64,000 bases of DNA from Cenococcum geophilum (taxonomy: Eukaryota): contig CP158635.1 of assembly GCA_050273025.1 (NCBI GenBank), positions 26,288,001 to 26,352,000 of the forward strand, written 5' to 3'. Shown here piece by piece: positions 13,891-27,337 of the stretch; position 1 is the stretch's first letter; each line of letters begins with the position of its first letter. A program made the position numbers and the translations under genes. A model generated the notes under the pieces. It was not told the origin of the DNA and made no database searches. It saw nothing but the letters and a program-made list of their open reading frames with translations.

Positions 13891-14149
13891 TGTCAAGTAC
13901 CACCTTATGACTCACACCCTGTTTCTTGCCATCGTATGTCTTACTATCTATTTTCTATTACCTATTCATTACCTATTACCGACTGAGTGGCAATACCGAC
14001 CTTGTGGCGATTGAGTAATAGTTCCAAATCGTCGTCAGTGTCGTCGTCAGTGTCATCGTCAGTCCTTTGCCCCTACCTTATGTATATAAAGAGCTTCTAG
14101 AGCCAGCTTTAATCAACAGAGTTCTTATAAGTGACTTACCCGTCCGATA
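13891..14149 (+). repeat. 5' LTR of Copia A
   Basis: Starts TGTCAAG and ends immediately before the primer-binding-like motif. Contains TATATAAA and a 12-bp tandem repeat at about 14029-14063. No partner LTR is present, so the left edge is inferred. Confidence 0.6.
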
Positions 14150-15721
14150 GTTATAAGCCCGGGCCATCTACTGTATTATCTTTAATTTGAAACCCTAATT
14201 ACCCTATTATTAACTAAACAGTAGAGGCCTTAAAATGTCCTCTTAATAATCCAAAACCCTTATTACGACGTATACTATAATTCTAGTAGGCCTAAATAAT
14301 TGGGACTAATGGATTGGTATTATTAAGTATAGAGCCGATAGTAAGAATATGTAGGAGTATATTAATCCGGATATTAAGAAAAATAATCTACCTAGATATA
14401 GAGCACTGTTAGAGCTATTACCATTAGTTGTTAATCCTTAGAAGACTATATTCTTAGCCCTTAATAAAGGTAAGAAGGAAGAGCTTTAAGCTTTATAAAA
14501 ATAGTATAACTAAGCTTATAAGCGGTATAAGAAAAAGGAAGCAGCCCTTAAGTTTCTACGCACCTATATTATTAGCACTATTTTCTATAACTACATCGAC
14601 TATACCTTTAAAGGAAATACCGTCTATAATATCCTTATATTACTTAAGTAGGCTATTACTCCAATTAATAATGCTTAGAAAGTTAACTTAGTTACCTAAT
14701 ATTTAAAAATAAAGAAAGCCCCAAAGAGTTAGAATATTAAAAGGTGGCTCTACGAGTAGGAGAAGGTGTATAATAATTATAAGAAGGTTAAACTACCTAA
14801 GGTAGATGGCGATTGACTAGTTAAGGACTTTATATATACCATTAAATCTGCCTTATTAGGATGGTTAGAATACTAGAAAAACAAATTATAAAACCTTAAG
14901 AGGAAGAAGAAAAGTCTACCTACCCTTTAAGTTATTATTAAGGTCTATTAAAATTATTAATAATTAGACTCTGCTTAGAAGGTAAGGAGTTAGCAAGACT
15001 TCTATATACTAAGCTTTAAAGGAGAGCTAATTAATAAGCCTAAATTAGAAAATAAATTAGAAGCTAAGCCGGAAGCTAAATCTTTAAGAAGGTTAGATAA
15101 GGAATAGATAAAGCTATACCTATACGGATTGCTATACCTATTTAGAAAATGCTACTACCTTATTAAGTTAATTTAACCATTAGGTTGGAAACTAAATAAT
15201 TAAAAAATATAGTTAATAGAGTAAAAGCTTGCTAAGTCTTTACCTAAATTTAAGGCTATAATTAATTAGTTAAGAAATAAAGCCTTATTTAATAAAAAGC
15301 TAGATAATATAGAGTAGAAGAGCTTACCTAGTAAACCTTACGGAAGCTTTATAGTTTATTAAGCTGGAGCTTATATTCCATTAGATTACGCTCTCTATAA
15401 TAGTATAATTTTTAACCCTATAATAACCCTATATATTATTAACAACTAAGAAAGGTTTATAGGTAATATCTAACTGGCTAGTAAACAGTTATATACTAGA
15501 TCTAGTATAGAAAATATTAAAGGCTTTAGAATAGCTAAAGTTATAGTTATTATCTATTAGGAAAGTAGAAGATCTATCTTATTAACGCTATATATATACT
15601 AGGATTTTATATAAATCTAGTTTATAATTATAGACTTAACAAAAAGGGTGTCTTTTAGCATAATAAGGGTAACTACCTCTACTGTTGCGGTGGTGAGAAG
15701 TTTATATATTATAGATATTAC

Positions 15722-16146
15722 TGTTACGGACGCTTTAAGTATGATATTATAACTACTTAGAGAAGAGTCGGAAGAAGCTAGTTGGTTAATATAGGCACGG
15801 ACTAGGATGGAACCCATAGAACTATGTAACGAGGAATAGTAACCAAGGTTATATAATGTGCTATATATTAAACGAGAGGAATAAGAGGAACTCACGTACC
15901 TTATGTATAAGACGTATATTACGTACAAGAAGGATTTTATAGGAGTACGGTTGTGTATTTAAGGACCCTTAGTCCCTACCTAGATAGTTCCTTCCTTATA
16001 GTAATTCTCAGAATATAATTAAAGTTAATCTATTAAGCAACCACTCCACCAGTTGTTATTACGTTGTTAACTTTTATACTTGCATTTCCTACACACCTAG
16101 CCCATTAATGAGCCTATTATAGTTCTTGCTATAAGGTTCCGTTACA
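15722..16146 (+). repeat. 5' LTR of Gypsy B
   Basis: TGTTACGGAC...CCGTTACA, a direct repeat of 23248-23672. Confidence 0.95.
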
Positions 16147-19100
16147 CAATTACTACCCAATTATAGTATTAATATAAAAAGTTAAATAATATGCTACTAA
16201 AAGCAGCCACTATAATGCTATTAACGGCAGCAACTACTTTAGGGATAGGAGGTGATACTAGTATAGTAGATACTAACTTATAGCAACCTGTAACGGTTGG
16301 ACAGCTATAGGAGGTAGTTGACTAGCTAACAGCTAATAATATAGTATTAGAAGAAAGACTTAACGGGATAGGAGCAGTAAAGATTAAGCTACTATTAATT
16401 AAGAGATTTATAGGAGAGAGGTTAAAGCTTAAAGGATTCCTTACGTAGATGCACTTTAAGGTCTTATAGGAGGGAGTAAAGTTACCTATACCTATGGATT
16501 GGATAGCTTACGCAGGACTATTCTTATTAGGAAAAGCACTTAAGTAGTTTAAACCTTACCTTACGGAGATATAGGCAAACGGAATAACGACCACTAACTA
16601 AGACGTGCGATTTATATTCTTAAGTTGGGAAGGATTTATAGAACGACTTACGCAGATATTTAGAGACCTGGAAGAAACAACTATAGTAGAAAGAAAACTT
16701 TAGAACCTTATATAACGAACTTTAGCAATTAAGTATACGATATAGTTCTAAACACTAGCAATATAAGTAAAGTGGAATAATAGGGCGCTTATGGCACAGT
16801 ATAAACAGGGACTTAAGGCTAAAGTCTAGGACGTGATTATCCTAATAGAAGATGCGGATACCCTAAGGGAACTAATAGATTAGTTAATTAAGATTAACAA
16901 TTAGATCTACTAAAGGGAACAGGCTAAGAGAGGCTAGGATAGAGTTCTATAGTTATATAAGGCGTAAAGTACGTAACGACAAAAGCTAAGTTAGAAACTA
17001 TAGTATGGCGTAGAGCTAATAGACCTAAGTAGTACTAAAGAAGCCTATAAGAGTAGGAGCAAACTATAGAAACCTAAAGGGCAAGGATTAAGTAATTAAA
17101 GGTCTAGAGAGCAGAGGCCGAATCAGGGATCTCAATAGTAGAAGATATTTAGGCGGACTCTATAGCAAGAGAAATGGTTTAAAGAGGGAGCTTATATAAA
17201 TTGCGGAAAACAGGGTTATTACGTTAGAGACTATAGAAGTAGGCAAAGTCACTATATAGTAAAAGGCACGAGATTAGTAGATAATATATATGTATAAAGG
17301 GACAATAATATGCTGCAAGGAATAAAAGAATATTTAATTAAAAGTTTTATATTTTATTATAATAACGTATACTAAATTTATAAGGACACTAAGTACGGCG
17401 TAAGCTATTGGCTATAAGAGCCAGCACCTATAAGATATAGAGGAACCAACGAACCAGTTCGCAGATTGGATATTAAGGACAATAAATTCGACCTAAGCAA
17501 AATATTCCGTGATAATAAGGTAATAAGGGCCGCTTACTAGAAGTAAGCAGACCTTAGAGATGTTATACTAGAAGTAGAGGATAATTCTATTATAGAATAA
17601 GGAACATTAGTAGGGATCAAAACCCCACTAGACATAATGTCTATCGCTTTACAAGACGCAAAAGAAGTCAGACAGTGAACTACTTCGGCACTTAATAAAG
17701 GCAAAAGGCTAAAGGCTTAAGACTCTTAAGACGAGATAAGAGACGACTAAGATTCTTAAGATAAGATAAGGTAAGCTTAAGGACCTATAACAGACAGAAA
17801 CCAATAAAGTAGAGCAGCGGCTTAGTTTAAAGACATACGAATAAGCTTAGGACAAGAATTCCTAATAGTATAAGATTTTTAAGATAAGATAAGTAAGATC
17901 TAGGACTCTTAAGACGAGACGAGGACACTAGTCAAGCCTAGTTGGACTAAGGTAGGGGCTAAGCTTAAGTTAGAAGTAAGCTTGGGATTAAAGAACCCAA
18001 GGGGTTAAGAATTTGGGGTATAAATTAGGACACCTATAAACAAGAGGCTAGGAGCTTCTTTATAGATTAGAGAATCTACAGCGCAAATAGTAATTAGACT
18101 AAGAGACAGATATATAAACCTAGAAGACTTACTAGGGGAACACAGCGTTCGGCCTAAAGATTAAAAAGTTAATACTAAGATTAAGAAGTAAGACGACTTT
18201 AAGGATTAGAGCGTAAGGCGCAAACCAAAAGAAACCATAGAAGAGTTTAGGCAAAGAATTATTGCATAGCAAGAACAGAAACTAGATAAGAGATCTAGTA
18301 TATTAGGACGTATAAAGGACAGAGCACTAGTATAAAGAATCACTAATAGGCCGAGAGTAGGCATACTAAGAGCTAAGTGGCTTACTAAATTAGAATAAGA
18401 AGAGGATCTAGGGATTCCTACTAGGTTCAAAGAACGATATACTAAAGGCTGTTATAATGCAGCAATAAAGAGATATTTTCTTACGGACAGACTATATATA
18501 CTCTAGTAGCTGTACTAAAAGTAGTATAGATAACAACATAATAATAAGTAGGAAGATTTCTATATATGGTTAAATAAAAAAGTTATCCAAAACCACCTAA
18601 TTATAGAGAAGGCTATAACTTATATTAAGGGGGCCTTAATTATAATATTAAAGGATCTAAAGGAACGTTTAGAGGACTAGAGAAGTAAAAGACGTATCTT
18701 AGTACCTGCGAATAAAGTTATAACGTTTAGATTAATATAATAAAGGTTTAAACTTAGGGATAAAGACAAGTTAAGAGTTAACCTAAAGCACCTAGCACAC
18801 TACACGATATTATGGATTACGTGCGTAGACGATATATACGAAATATATAAGAATCCGAAAGAAAAGAATTGGAAATACCCTATAAGGATATACTAGATAA
18901 CGGACGAGTAATAGTATAGAAATGCCAAATATATACATAGATGGCATCTAATAGAAATCCAAGAGGAAGGAAGTTTAGTACTTTAACTAGGAAGATTCCT
19001 TACGGAAGAATGCTTAGACGGACAACAGTGGTAGGAATGCCTAGAAAACACGTATCTATAGTATATTAAAGATAAAAAGTAAACTAGGCATTAGCTAAAG

Positions 19101-22100
19101 AGTAAGCTAAGTATACTAGGATTAAGCAGCTAATAGTTGGGAAAAGTAAAGGTCTATAGGACTAGAGGGAGCTAGTGGTAGAGCCTTAGACCCTTAAAGG
19201 AATTTAAAGACGACACCTAAATTTATAAGTTAATTAGCAAGATTAGCAGTTCGAAGCGCTAATAGATAGTAGAGTAACGCGAAATTATATTTTACTAGTA
19301 GCAGTTAAGAGAATAGGGCTACCTTATAGATAAAAGGAGTAACCTTACCTATTAGTTATAATTTTAGGAGATCTAATAACCTATAGAGGAGGGATTATTA
19401 ATCTTAAAATAGGACCTATTTAGATAACTATCAAAGGAAGACAAATTAAGATGTCTTTTAATATCCTACTATTAGGACAGGATAAGGTAGTATTAGGTAT
19501 ACCTTAGTTACAAGAATATAATCTAAGGATTAATTAGATTATAGGTTAGGTCGATATTAGAGATACTTAACGCCGCAAGATGCGATAATAAGCTAAGTTA
19601 GTATAGTACTAAGTAGAAGCAACCTATAAAGAAATAGAGAAAGGACTAAGCTATATACTAAAGAGATACTATAAGTATAGTAAGAAACTATAGTTACTAG
19701 AGAGTGAAAAGCTGTTAGAATATATAGTATGGGACTATAAAATAGAGTTAGAACTAGGAATAAGTTTAAGGTTCTTTCCAATCTATAAGCTTACTAAAGA
19801 AGAAGGTAGAGCGTTAAAAGAGTTTATTTAGGAAAATCTATAAAAGGGATATATTAGACCATCGCAATCATTAACAGGTTATTTAGTACTATTTGTACTA
19901 AAGAAGAATAGCAAACTAAGGCTGTGTATTGACTATAGATAGTTAAACAGCATTACTAGAAAGGATAGGTATCCTTTACCCTTAATTAGCGAAATCTAAG
20001 ATAGGATAGGCAATACGCAAATCTTTATAAAGATAGATTTAAGATGGGCGTACTATTAGATTAGGATTAAGGAAGGTAATAAATAAAAGGCAGCCTTTAG
20101 GTTAAAGGAAGGACTGTATAAACTATTAGTTATGCAATTCGGGCTTATAAATGTACTAGTAACGTTCCAGAAGCGTATTAATAATATATTAGGAGAATAC
20201 TTAGATGAATTTGTTATGGTATATCTTAATGATATTATTATCTACTTAATAACTAAGGAAGAACATAGGGAATATGTTAAATGGGTCTTAAAGAGACTAT
20301 AAGAAGAATAGATGCTAGTAGCAATTAAGAAATGCGAGTTCTTTACTAGGAAGACCGATTTTATTAGATTTATTATTAAACTAGGCTAACTTAGTATAGA
20401 TCTAAAGAAGATTAAGGCTATAGTAAATTAGTAGGAACTAGAGAACGTTATATAGTTAAGATTATTCTTAGGGTTTTATAATTACTATAGAAGGTTTATA
20501 GCGCAGTAGTTAAAGAACATTAAGCCATTTACGCGGTTAATAAAGAAAGAAGAACTATAGGCATAGGGAAAGAAGTAAAGAGAACTCTTTAAGAAAGTTA
20601 AAGAGTTATTTACCCAGGAGTTAGTTCTTAAGATCTATTAACTAGGACTAGAGACGGTTATAAAAATAGATATATTAGACTATATACTAGGGGCGTGCTT
20701 TATATAAAGATATTAGGATAGATAGCACCTAGTAGCATACTATAGTTAGAAGATAACACCACCGGAGTTAAACTATAACATCTATAATAAGGAGTTATTA
20801 GGTATAGTTACAGTATTAAAGGAATAGAGAGTATTCTTATAAGGCATAGAGAAACTATTTATAGTTAAGACGGATTATAAGAACCTAATAGGATTTCTAA
20901 TAACAAAGGAACTTAACCGAAGATAGGTTAAATAGGCAGAGATGCTTATAGAATACCATTTCAAGATTTAGTATACTAAAGGTACAAATAATACGCGGGC
21001 AGATGCTCTAAGCCGTAAAGCTAAACTATAAAATAAGGAAAAGCTATTAGGGGCTTTATTACAAAAAGATATAGACGGATTAATTAGGTATAATTATCCG
21101 AAAATTGTAGTAACTTAAGAAGACAATAAACTAGAGAAAGTCTACGAGATACTAGAAAGCTTTTAGGCATAAAGAATTCTAGAAGCATAACTAGAAGATC
21201 CATAAACGGATATATATAAAAATTAAGAAGTAAAGTACATCCTAAGAAGTATAGCAGAGTAGTTTGTGGAGGACTTTTATAAGGGACTAACCTAAGGACA
21301 TAATAGAGCTACGGGCTTAGTGTTAAGACTTTAGGAGGAGTATATTATTAACGAAATCTAGAGAATAGCTAGAAAGGTTATAAAGGAGTATTTAGATTAC
21401 TAAAAGAATAAACTAATAAGGCATAAGCCATATAGAGGGCTACAACCTATTAAAACACTAGAGAGACTATAGGAGGTTATATTATAGGACTTTATTATTA
21501 AGTTGCTAAAGTTAAAAGATCCTATTACCGGATAAGATTATAACGCGATCTTAGTAATAGTAAATAAGCTTACAAAGTAGGGATACTTTATAGCATGCAT
21601 AGAAAAAATCTTAGCAGAAGATATCGCTAGAATCTATATTAAAGAAGTATTTATAAGATATAGAGTACTAAGCAAGATTATATCGGATAGAGATCTAAGA
21701 TTCGTAATAGTATTTTAGGAAGTGTTCTTAGCGGAGCAAGGAGTTTAAGCAGCAACTTCCACCGCATATTATCCGCAGACAGACGGTTAAACGGAAAGGT
21801 TAAATTAGACGCTAGAGCAGTATCTAAGATATTATGTTAATTATATACAGAATAATTAGGTATCGCTATTACTAGTTATATAGTTTATATACAATATAAC
21901 ACCCTAAAAAGGGATAGGTATATTACTATTTAAGGCAAATTATAGATATAAGCTAAGAATATCGTTATTACTATAGCAAGTGAAGAAAATAAGTAGTACA
22001 GCTAAAGAGAGAATAAAGACATTAATAAATCTTTATGCAGACCTTATAGAATTAGCAAAGAGAGTATAAGAGAAAATAAAAAGGTACTATAATACTAAGA

Positions 22101-22489
22101 GATCTAAGGGACTAGATCTTAAGGAGGGAGATAAAGTATAGCTACTATACAAAAATTTCAAGAGTTAACGATTAAGCAAGAAATTAGACCATATTAGACT
22201 AGGACCTTTTGAAATTAAGAAGAAAATTTTACCAGTTATATTTAAGTTAAACCTACTAGCTAAAATAAAGATCTACCCTATATAGTATATCGCAATGCTA
22301 GAGCTAGTATATAGGAATATTAAGCCACTAGTTTATAAAGCAGACACGTATAAAGGATAAGAAGAAGACAAATAACAAGTTTTAAAGATCGTTAATTATA
22401 AGGACATTAATAATAAAACATAGTATAAGGTTAAGTGGATAGGCTATACTAAGACTACCTAAGAGCTACTAGAGAATTTAAAGAACGCT

Positions 22490-23139
22490 ATAGAAAAGGT
22501 ATAGGAGTATTAGAAGAGATTAGGTCAGGCAGTATTAATAAAGAAGGATTGCTAAAGAATAAGTTACCTAAGGGGGACCTAAGAAAAGCAGCTACTGAAC
22601 TACTTAAATCTGTTTCCTTTTTTATTGGAGGAGAATCCGTTCTTTTATTACCTAGTTCCTATAGACCTTATTCTATAAATTTCTACTCCTTTAAACAAAC
22701 CTTCTTACGAACCTTCTTAAGATAAAGTAGATAAGCAGACGCCGCAATTTAAGTATCTAGGGCCTTCTATTCCATATTATGGGAATATTCCAACTTAGTA
22801 AGGGCTTGTAATAGTTTACTATCTAGCTGCATAGTAGCAAATTAAACACGAGACCCTAAGATAAATTAACTAGGGAACTAGATAACTATTAAGAGTAATA
22901 GGTTGCGTATATTTAGCATTAGAAGTAGAGCAAACGTTATAGAACAAACGAATATTCGCTTTAGTGCACTTTAAGTAAGAGGACGATTGTTATAAAGATA
23001 GGTTCGCTAACGTAATATAAACTAACCCCTCTTTCGAACAACGAGAATACGGAGACGGTATAATCTTACTAAGAGATAATATTGCAGCAATAGTGCGAGC
23101 ACGACGTTGGGCGTATAAAGAAGAAATTGCTTTAGGTAT
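22490..23139 (-). pseudogene. Antisense accessory ORF of Gypsy B (Zn2Cys6-like + coiled coil), RIP-degraded
   Basis: Minus strand reads (M)PKAISSLYAQRRARTIAAILSL...PSP[Y]SRCSKEGLV[Y]...SSS[Y]LKCTKANIRLF[Y]. Colinear with 27338-27989. The 3' end is uncertain. Confidence 0.65.
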
Positions 23140-23247
23140 TATAAGCAATAATATTAACTAAATTAATTAAACGGATATTATACCTTTAGTAAACAACTTA
23201 GAGATATTTTAAATCTTCAAGGACGAAGATAAAGAGAAGGGAGATAA

Positions 23248-23672
23248 TATTACGGACGCTTTAAGTATAATATTACGATTACTTAAAGAAGAGTTAGAAG
23301 AAGCTAGTTGGTTAATATAGGCACGGACTAGAATGGAACCCGTGGAACTATATAATAAGGAATAGTAACTAAGGTTATATAATGTGCTACGTATTAAATA
23401 AAAGGAATAAGAGGAACTTACGTACCTTATATATAAGACGTATATTACGTATAAGAAGGATTTTATAGGAGTACGGTTGTGTATTTAAGGACCCTTAATC
23501 CCTACCTAGATAGTTCCTTCCTTATAGTGATTCTCAGAATATAATTAGAGTTAATCTGTTAGGCAACCACTCCACCAGTTGTTATTACGTTGTTAACTTT
23601 TGTACTTACATTTCCTATACACCTAGCCCATTAACGAGCCTATCGTAGTTCTTGCTATAAGGTTCCGTTACA
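23248..23672 (+). repeat. 3' LTR of Gypsy B
   Basis: Direct repeat of 15722-16146 that differs mainly by C>T and G>A transitions. Confidence 0.95.
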
Positions 23673-24176
23673 ATTACTATAGTTAAATAACCCTTAAATA
23701 TAATAAATTAAAGCCTAGGACGGAGGACGCGTCCTTTATAGCTAAATTAACGGAACCTTTACTAAATTAAAAGGTAAATAGACGGTTTTAGTATAGCTAA
23801 CTTAGATATATAAAAAGTGCTATAATTAAGAGATTGCTTAAAGAAGTAACTGGGGCGATTATATAAGGCCCTATAATAATTAAATGCGAAACCTATATAG
23901 TTAGTAAGGCTTATAAGGTAATATTAAGAAGGGTACCTATAGATAAGGCAATAAGGCCTTTCTATTATATACACGTAGATTTAATTTAAGAAATTAAAGC
24001 CTATAATAGATATAAATACGCGATATATTTCCTTAATAATTTAATATAAATAAATAAAGTTAAAACATTCGCGTAGAAGTTATTAACCACTTAAGCAATT
24101 ATTAAGTATTATAATATAGTTAAGCGCCGCTACGGCTTTAAAGTTATTATAATCTATATTAATAATAAGACATCCC

Positions 24177-26266
24177 AAACCTTCACCACACATGCAACCT
24201 TACCAAAAGGTAGCGCCACACTCCAAAACTTACCTATACCCATCTTACCATCAAAAACAAACGATTTTCTAACTTTTAAGACCTAATTCCTACTGCCTAG
24301 CGAGCTAGAGGTGGATTTATTTGTTATTTTACCTCCTTTTCCCAACAGAAAAAATTTCTCTAAGGGTGGCCCTAGCTTATAAGCAAGGCACAGACAGGAA
24401 TACCAAAACTACTACCACTACTATTAATACTAAAACTATAAAATAGGGGCTAGTTTCTCTACTACCTCTTAGCCTAATCTCCCCAGAAATCTTCTAGTAG
24501 GATTAGTAAGGAGAAAGGGTATAAGGATAATAAAAACTAGGAAAACCCCCCTATAAGACACAAAATGCCAAGGCCCAGTAGGCCTAAAAAGAAACCTCCT
24601 ATAGAAATAAGTGATAATAAGTCTATATCTACATTTACTTTCTCTAGCCCTTCTCCTTCTCTAGCCTATTTAGGACAGGAGAAAAAAAAGGATATCCTTA
24701 GTCTTCTACTAAAAAAGAAAACTAAAAACCTATAAAAAAGATAACTAAACTAATAACTTTTACGGCTAGTATACCTAGTATATCTTTCTCTCCCCTTTCT
24801 TTAGAACAACACCTATAAAAGGCTTTAGATAGCCTAACCCAGGCCTATAAAGGGCTAGAAGAAGAAGAAGAAGAAGATAAAAAAGAATAAGTTAAACAGC
24901 TAGAGGACTATACACGTAGTATCCTAGTAGAAGAAAATCCCTTTATAAAAGGAAAAGAAAAGATAAAAGATATCCTAAAAGGACTAGTTAAAGAAGTAAG
25001 AGCTCTCTGTAAGGAGGTAGCCCCTACTAAAGAAACCTACGTAGAGAGGCTAAAGAAGGACCTCCCTACTTCGTCCTCTCTACCCTCCTTATCACTACTA
25101 TTTCCTACTCCTTCTACCTCTACTAGAAGTAAGAAAAAGTAGCTATAAGAAAGAAAGCTAGTCCTAATTATAGACCAAAAGGACTAACCTCTAGATACCT
25201 TCTCTATACAAAACAAAGTCAATTAACTATTTGCATTAAAACTGCAAGTAAAAAAACCCATTTTAGCATCTATAGCTAGAATAAAAGGAAAATAAAATAT
25301 TCTCCTTATAACTATAGAAGAGTATAATGCGGATTTCCTAGTTAAATATAAGGAAATCTGGTATAACTGCTTTACCTTTTAAAGAGAACAAAAACTAGAA
25401 CTATGGGTTTAAATTATACCCTATAGGGTCCCTACCCTACCTTTTCTAGGAGAAGGAGGCTCTAAGCTTCTAAAAAAAAAATTAAGACCTTTAATCCTAT
25501 AAGGATATAAGGACTACCTAGATGGATCTTATCTAGTATAAAAAGACACGATTTACAGACTAGATTTAGCTCTATAGTTTTTACTATAGAGAATAAAAAA
25601 AAAAGACAAGAAATCCTTAAGTAAAAAGAGATATTAATTGCAGGTACAGCTATTAAGGTAGTAAAATACCTCGAAGTCTCTCCTATTACGCAGTGTACGA
25701 GCTGCTAAAAATTTGGCCATATAGGAAACAGGTGCTCTACTAGGGCCTGTAGATACTATACAGCTGTATATTTATCTAAAGACCATTCCTGTTCTATCTG
25801 TATAATAATAGGCAAGCCTTACTAGCATACCACCCCTCTTTGCATTAATTATAAAGAAAAACACTTTACTAATAGTAAAGACTGCGAGACTCTTAAAGCT
25901 GCTAAACTAGTACGCGAAGAAGATTCTATAGAAGAATAAAACAGATAGGATTCTAGAAGGAGGCAACTCCTACTAGGCTCTTAAAAAGATATTAGAGAGC
26001 AAAAGGATAGAAATAAATTGCAAAAGGACAGGAACAGGGGTTAGGATTTCTTATAGTTTTTCTTACCATTTTCTCATTCCCTAGTAGTTGTAGTATCTTA
26101 GTATTTTACTAGAAAACTATAAACTACTAGGATATAGCTACTAGTATATATTAAGCTGCCTAAAAAGGATTTATATATATAGAACTATAGCGCTATAGCC
26201 CAAGGCTGCATACGTAGTATTGTACGTAGTATAATATAATAGATTTAAAAAATAAATAAATAAATA
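24177..26266 (+). mobile_element. Non-LTR (Tad/LINE-like) element carrying only ORF1
   Basis: 13-bp TSD AATAAGACATCCC (24164-24176 and 26267-26279) and a (TAAA)n 3' tail. The ORF1-like frame ends at about 25940 with Cys/His knuckles QCTSC*KFGHIGNRC...HSCSIC...HTTPLCIN(C)KEKHF...DC. No endonuclease or RT is seen. Confidence 0.82.
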
Positions 26267-26967
26267 AATAAGACATCCCTTAAAGGTAAATTTAATAACT
26301 AGGTTACCGACTAAGGTATTATAGTAGAGTATTTAGCTCTAAATATACTAGAATAAAACAGTCCTACGAAATGTTTTAGGGGGGTAATTATTATAAAGTC
26401 TTAATACATATAAATTAAAGCATAACTACTAGAAGAACTCTAGCCTAAAGTCTTTAAAGTAGTAGCATATATAATAAATAGGATACTAAGCCGACGGCTT
26501 AACTAGAAGACCCCTTTAAAAAGTTTTAGTTAGTAATAGGGTTTTTACTAACTAAGCTAAATATAGCTTACTTATGTGCCTATAGCTGTAGAGCCTACCT
26601 ACTTAAGTATAATATTTCTTATACCTAAAAGCTTACTCCTAGAGCCTATATTGGGTATTTAGTAGGGTATAATTTAATAAATATCTTTTAAATATATATA
26701 CTAAGTGAAGGGAAGGTAATTTATATAAAAGACGTTACGTTTAATAAGTAACTCGTCTATAATAACAGCTAGCTAAATCTAGTAAATTTGTTTTAAAAGA
26801 AGGCCAATTAAATACTAGATGTAATTAATATAATTAACCCTAATAGGACGCTTTAGGAAGACCTGCTAGAAAATATAAGTAAGAATAATAAGATTCTAGA
26901 TAAAATTTAAGTTAAAAGTAATAAAAATAAACATATAGATTCTTGTAGAAATTAGAACCGTAAAAAG

Positions 26968-27229
26968 CTAGGTAGGGATTAAGGGTCCTTAAATACACAA
27001 CCGTACTCCTATAAAATCCTCCTTATACATAATATATATGTTATATATAGTATACATACGTTCCCTTTATACACTGCGTATACTATATATAACGTTATAT
27101 AACCTTAGTTACTATTCCTTATTATATAACTCTACTAATTCTATCTTAAACTATACCTAAATTAACTAACTAGCTTCTTTCGACTCTTTTTTAAGTAGTT
27201 ATAATATTATACTTAAAGCGTCCGTAACA
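26968..27229 (-). repeat. Truncated 3' LTR of Gypsy C
   Basis: Matches about 46798-47059. The terminal ~160 bp of the LTR is absent. Confidence 0.88.
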
Positions 27230-27337
27230 CTATCTCCCTCCTCTCTATCTTTATCCTTAAAGATTCCTAATATCTCTAAGTCGTTTACTAGAGGTGTAAT
27301 GTCTATTTAATTAATTTAGTTAATATTATTACTTATT

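Larger units (their letters stand above)
15722..23672 (+). mobile_element. Full-length Ty3/Gypsy chromovirus B, RIP-degraded
   Basis: Two 425-bp LTRs, 5-bp TSD ATTAC (15717-15721 and 23673-23677), gag with a CCHC knuckle (~17195), protease ALIDS (~19256), RT YL(D)D (~20220), RNase H, integrase, chromodomain (~22370-22500), and a purine tract before the 3' LTR. Confidence 0.95.
13891..26940 (+). mobile_element. Ty1/Copia LTR retrotransposon A, RIP-degraded, interrupted twice and 3'-truncated
   Basis: A putative 5' LTR (13891-14149) is followed by GTTATAAGCCC, the RIP form of GGTTATGAGCCC. Gag/protease remnants run 14236-15721. GAG-pre-integrase and integrase remnants lie at 23678-24176 and 26280-26780. 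No RT or 3' LTR is seen. Confidence 0.8.

Noticed and set aside
17720..17920. Spaced repeats GACTCTTAAGACGAG resembling a CRISPR-like array
   Set aside because: Eukaryotic context, irregular spacing and no cas genes. They are coding repeats within the Gypsy gag extension.
24397..26105. Weak inverted similarity between ~24400-24430 and ~26081-26105 inside the half-LINE
   Set aside because: Low-complexity TAG/CTA-rich sequence with several mismatches, and not terminal. The TSD and tail point to retrotransposition rather than a TIR element.
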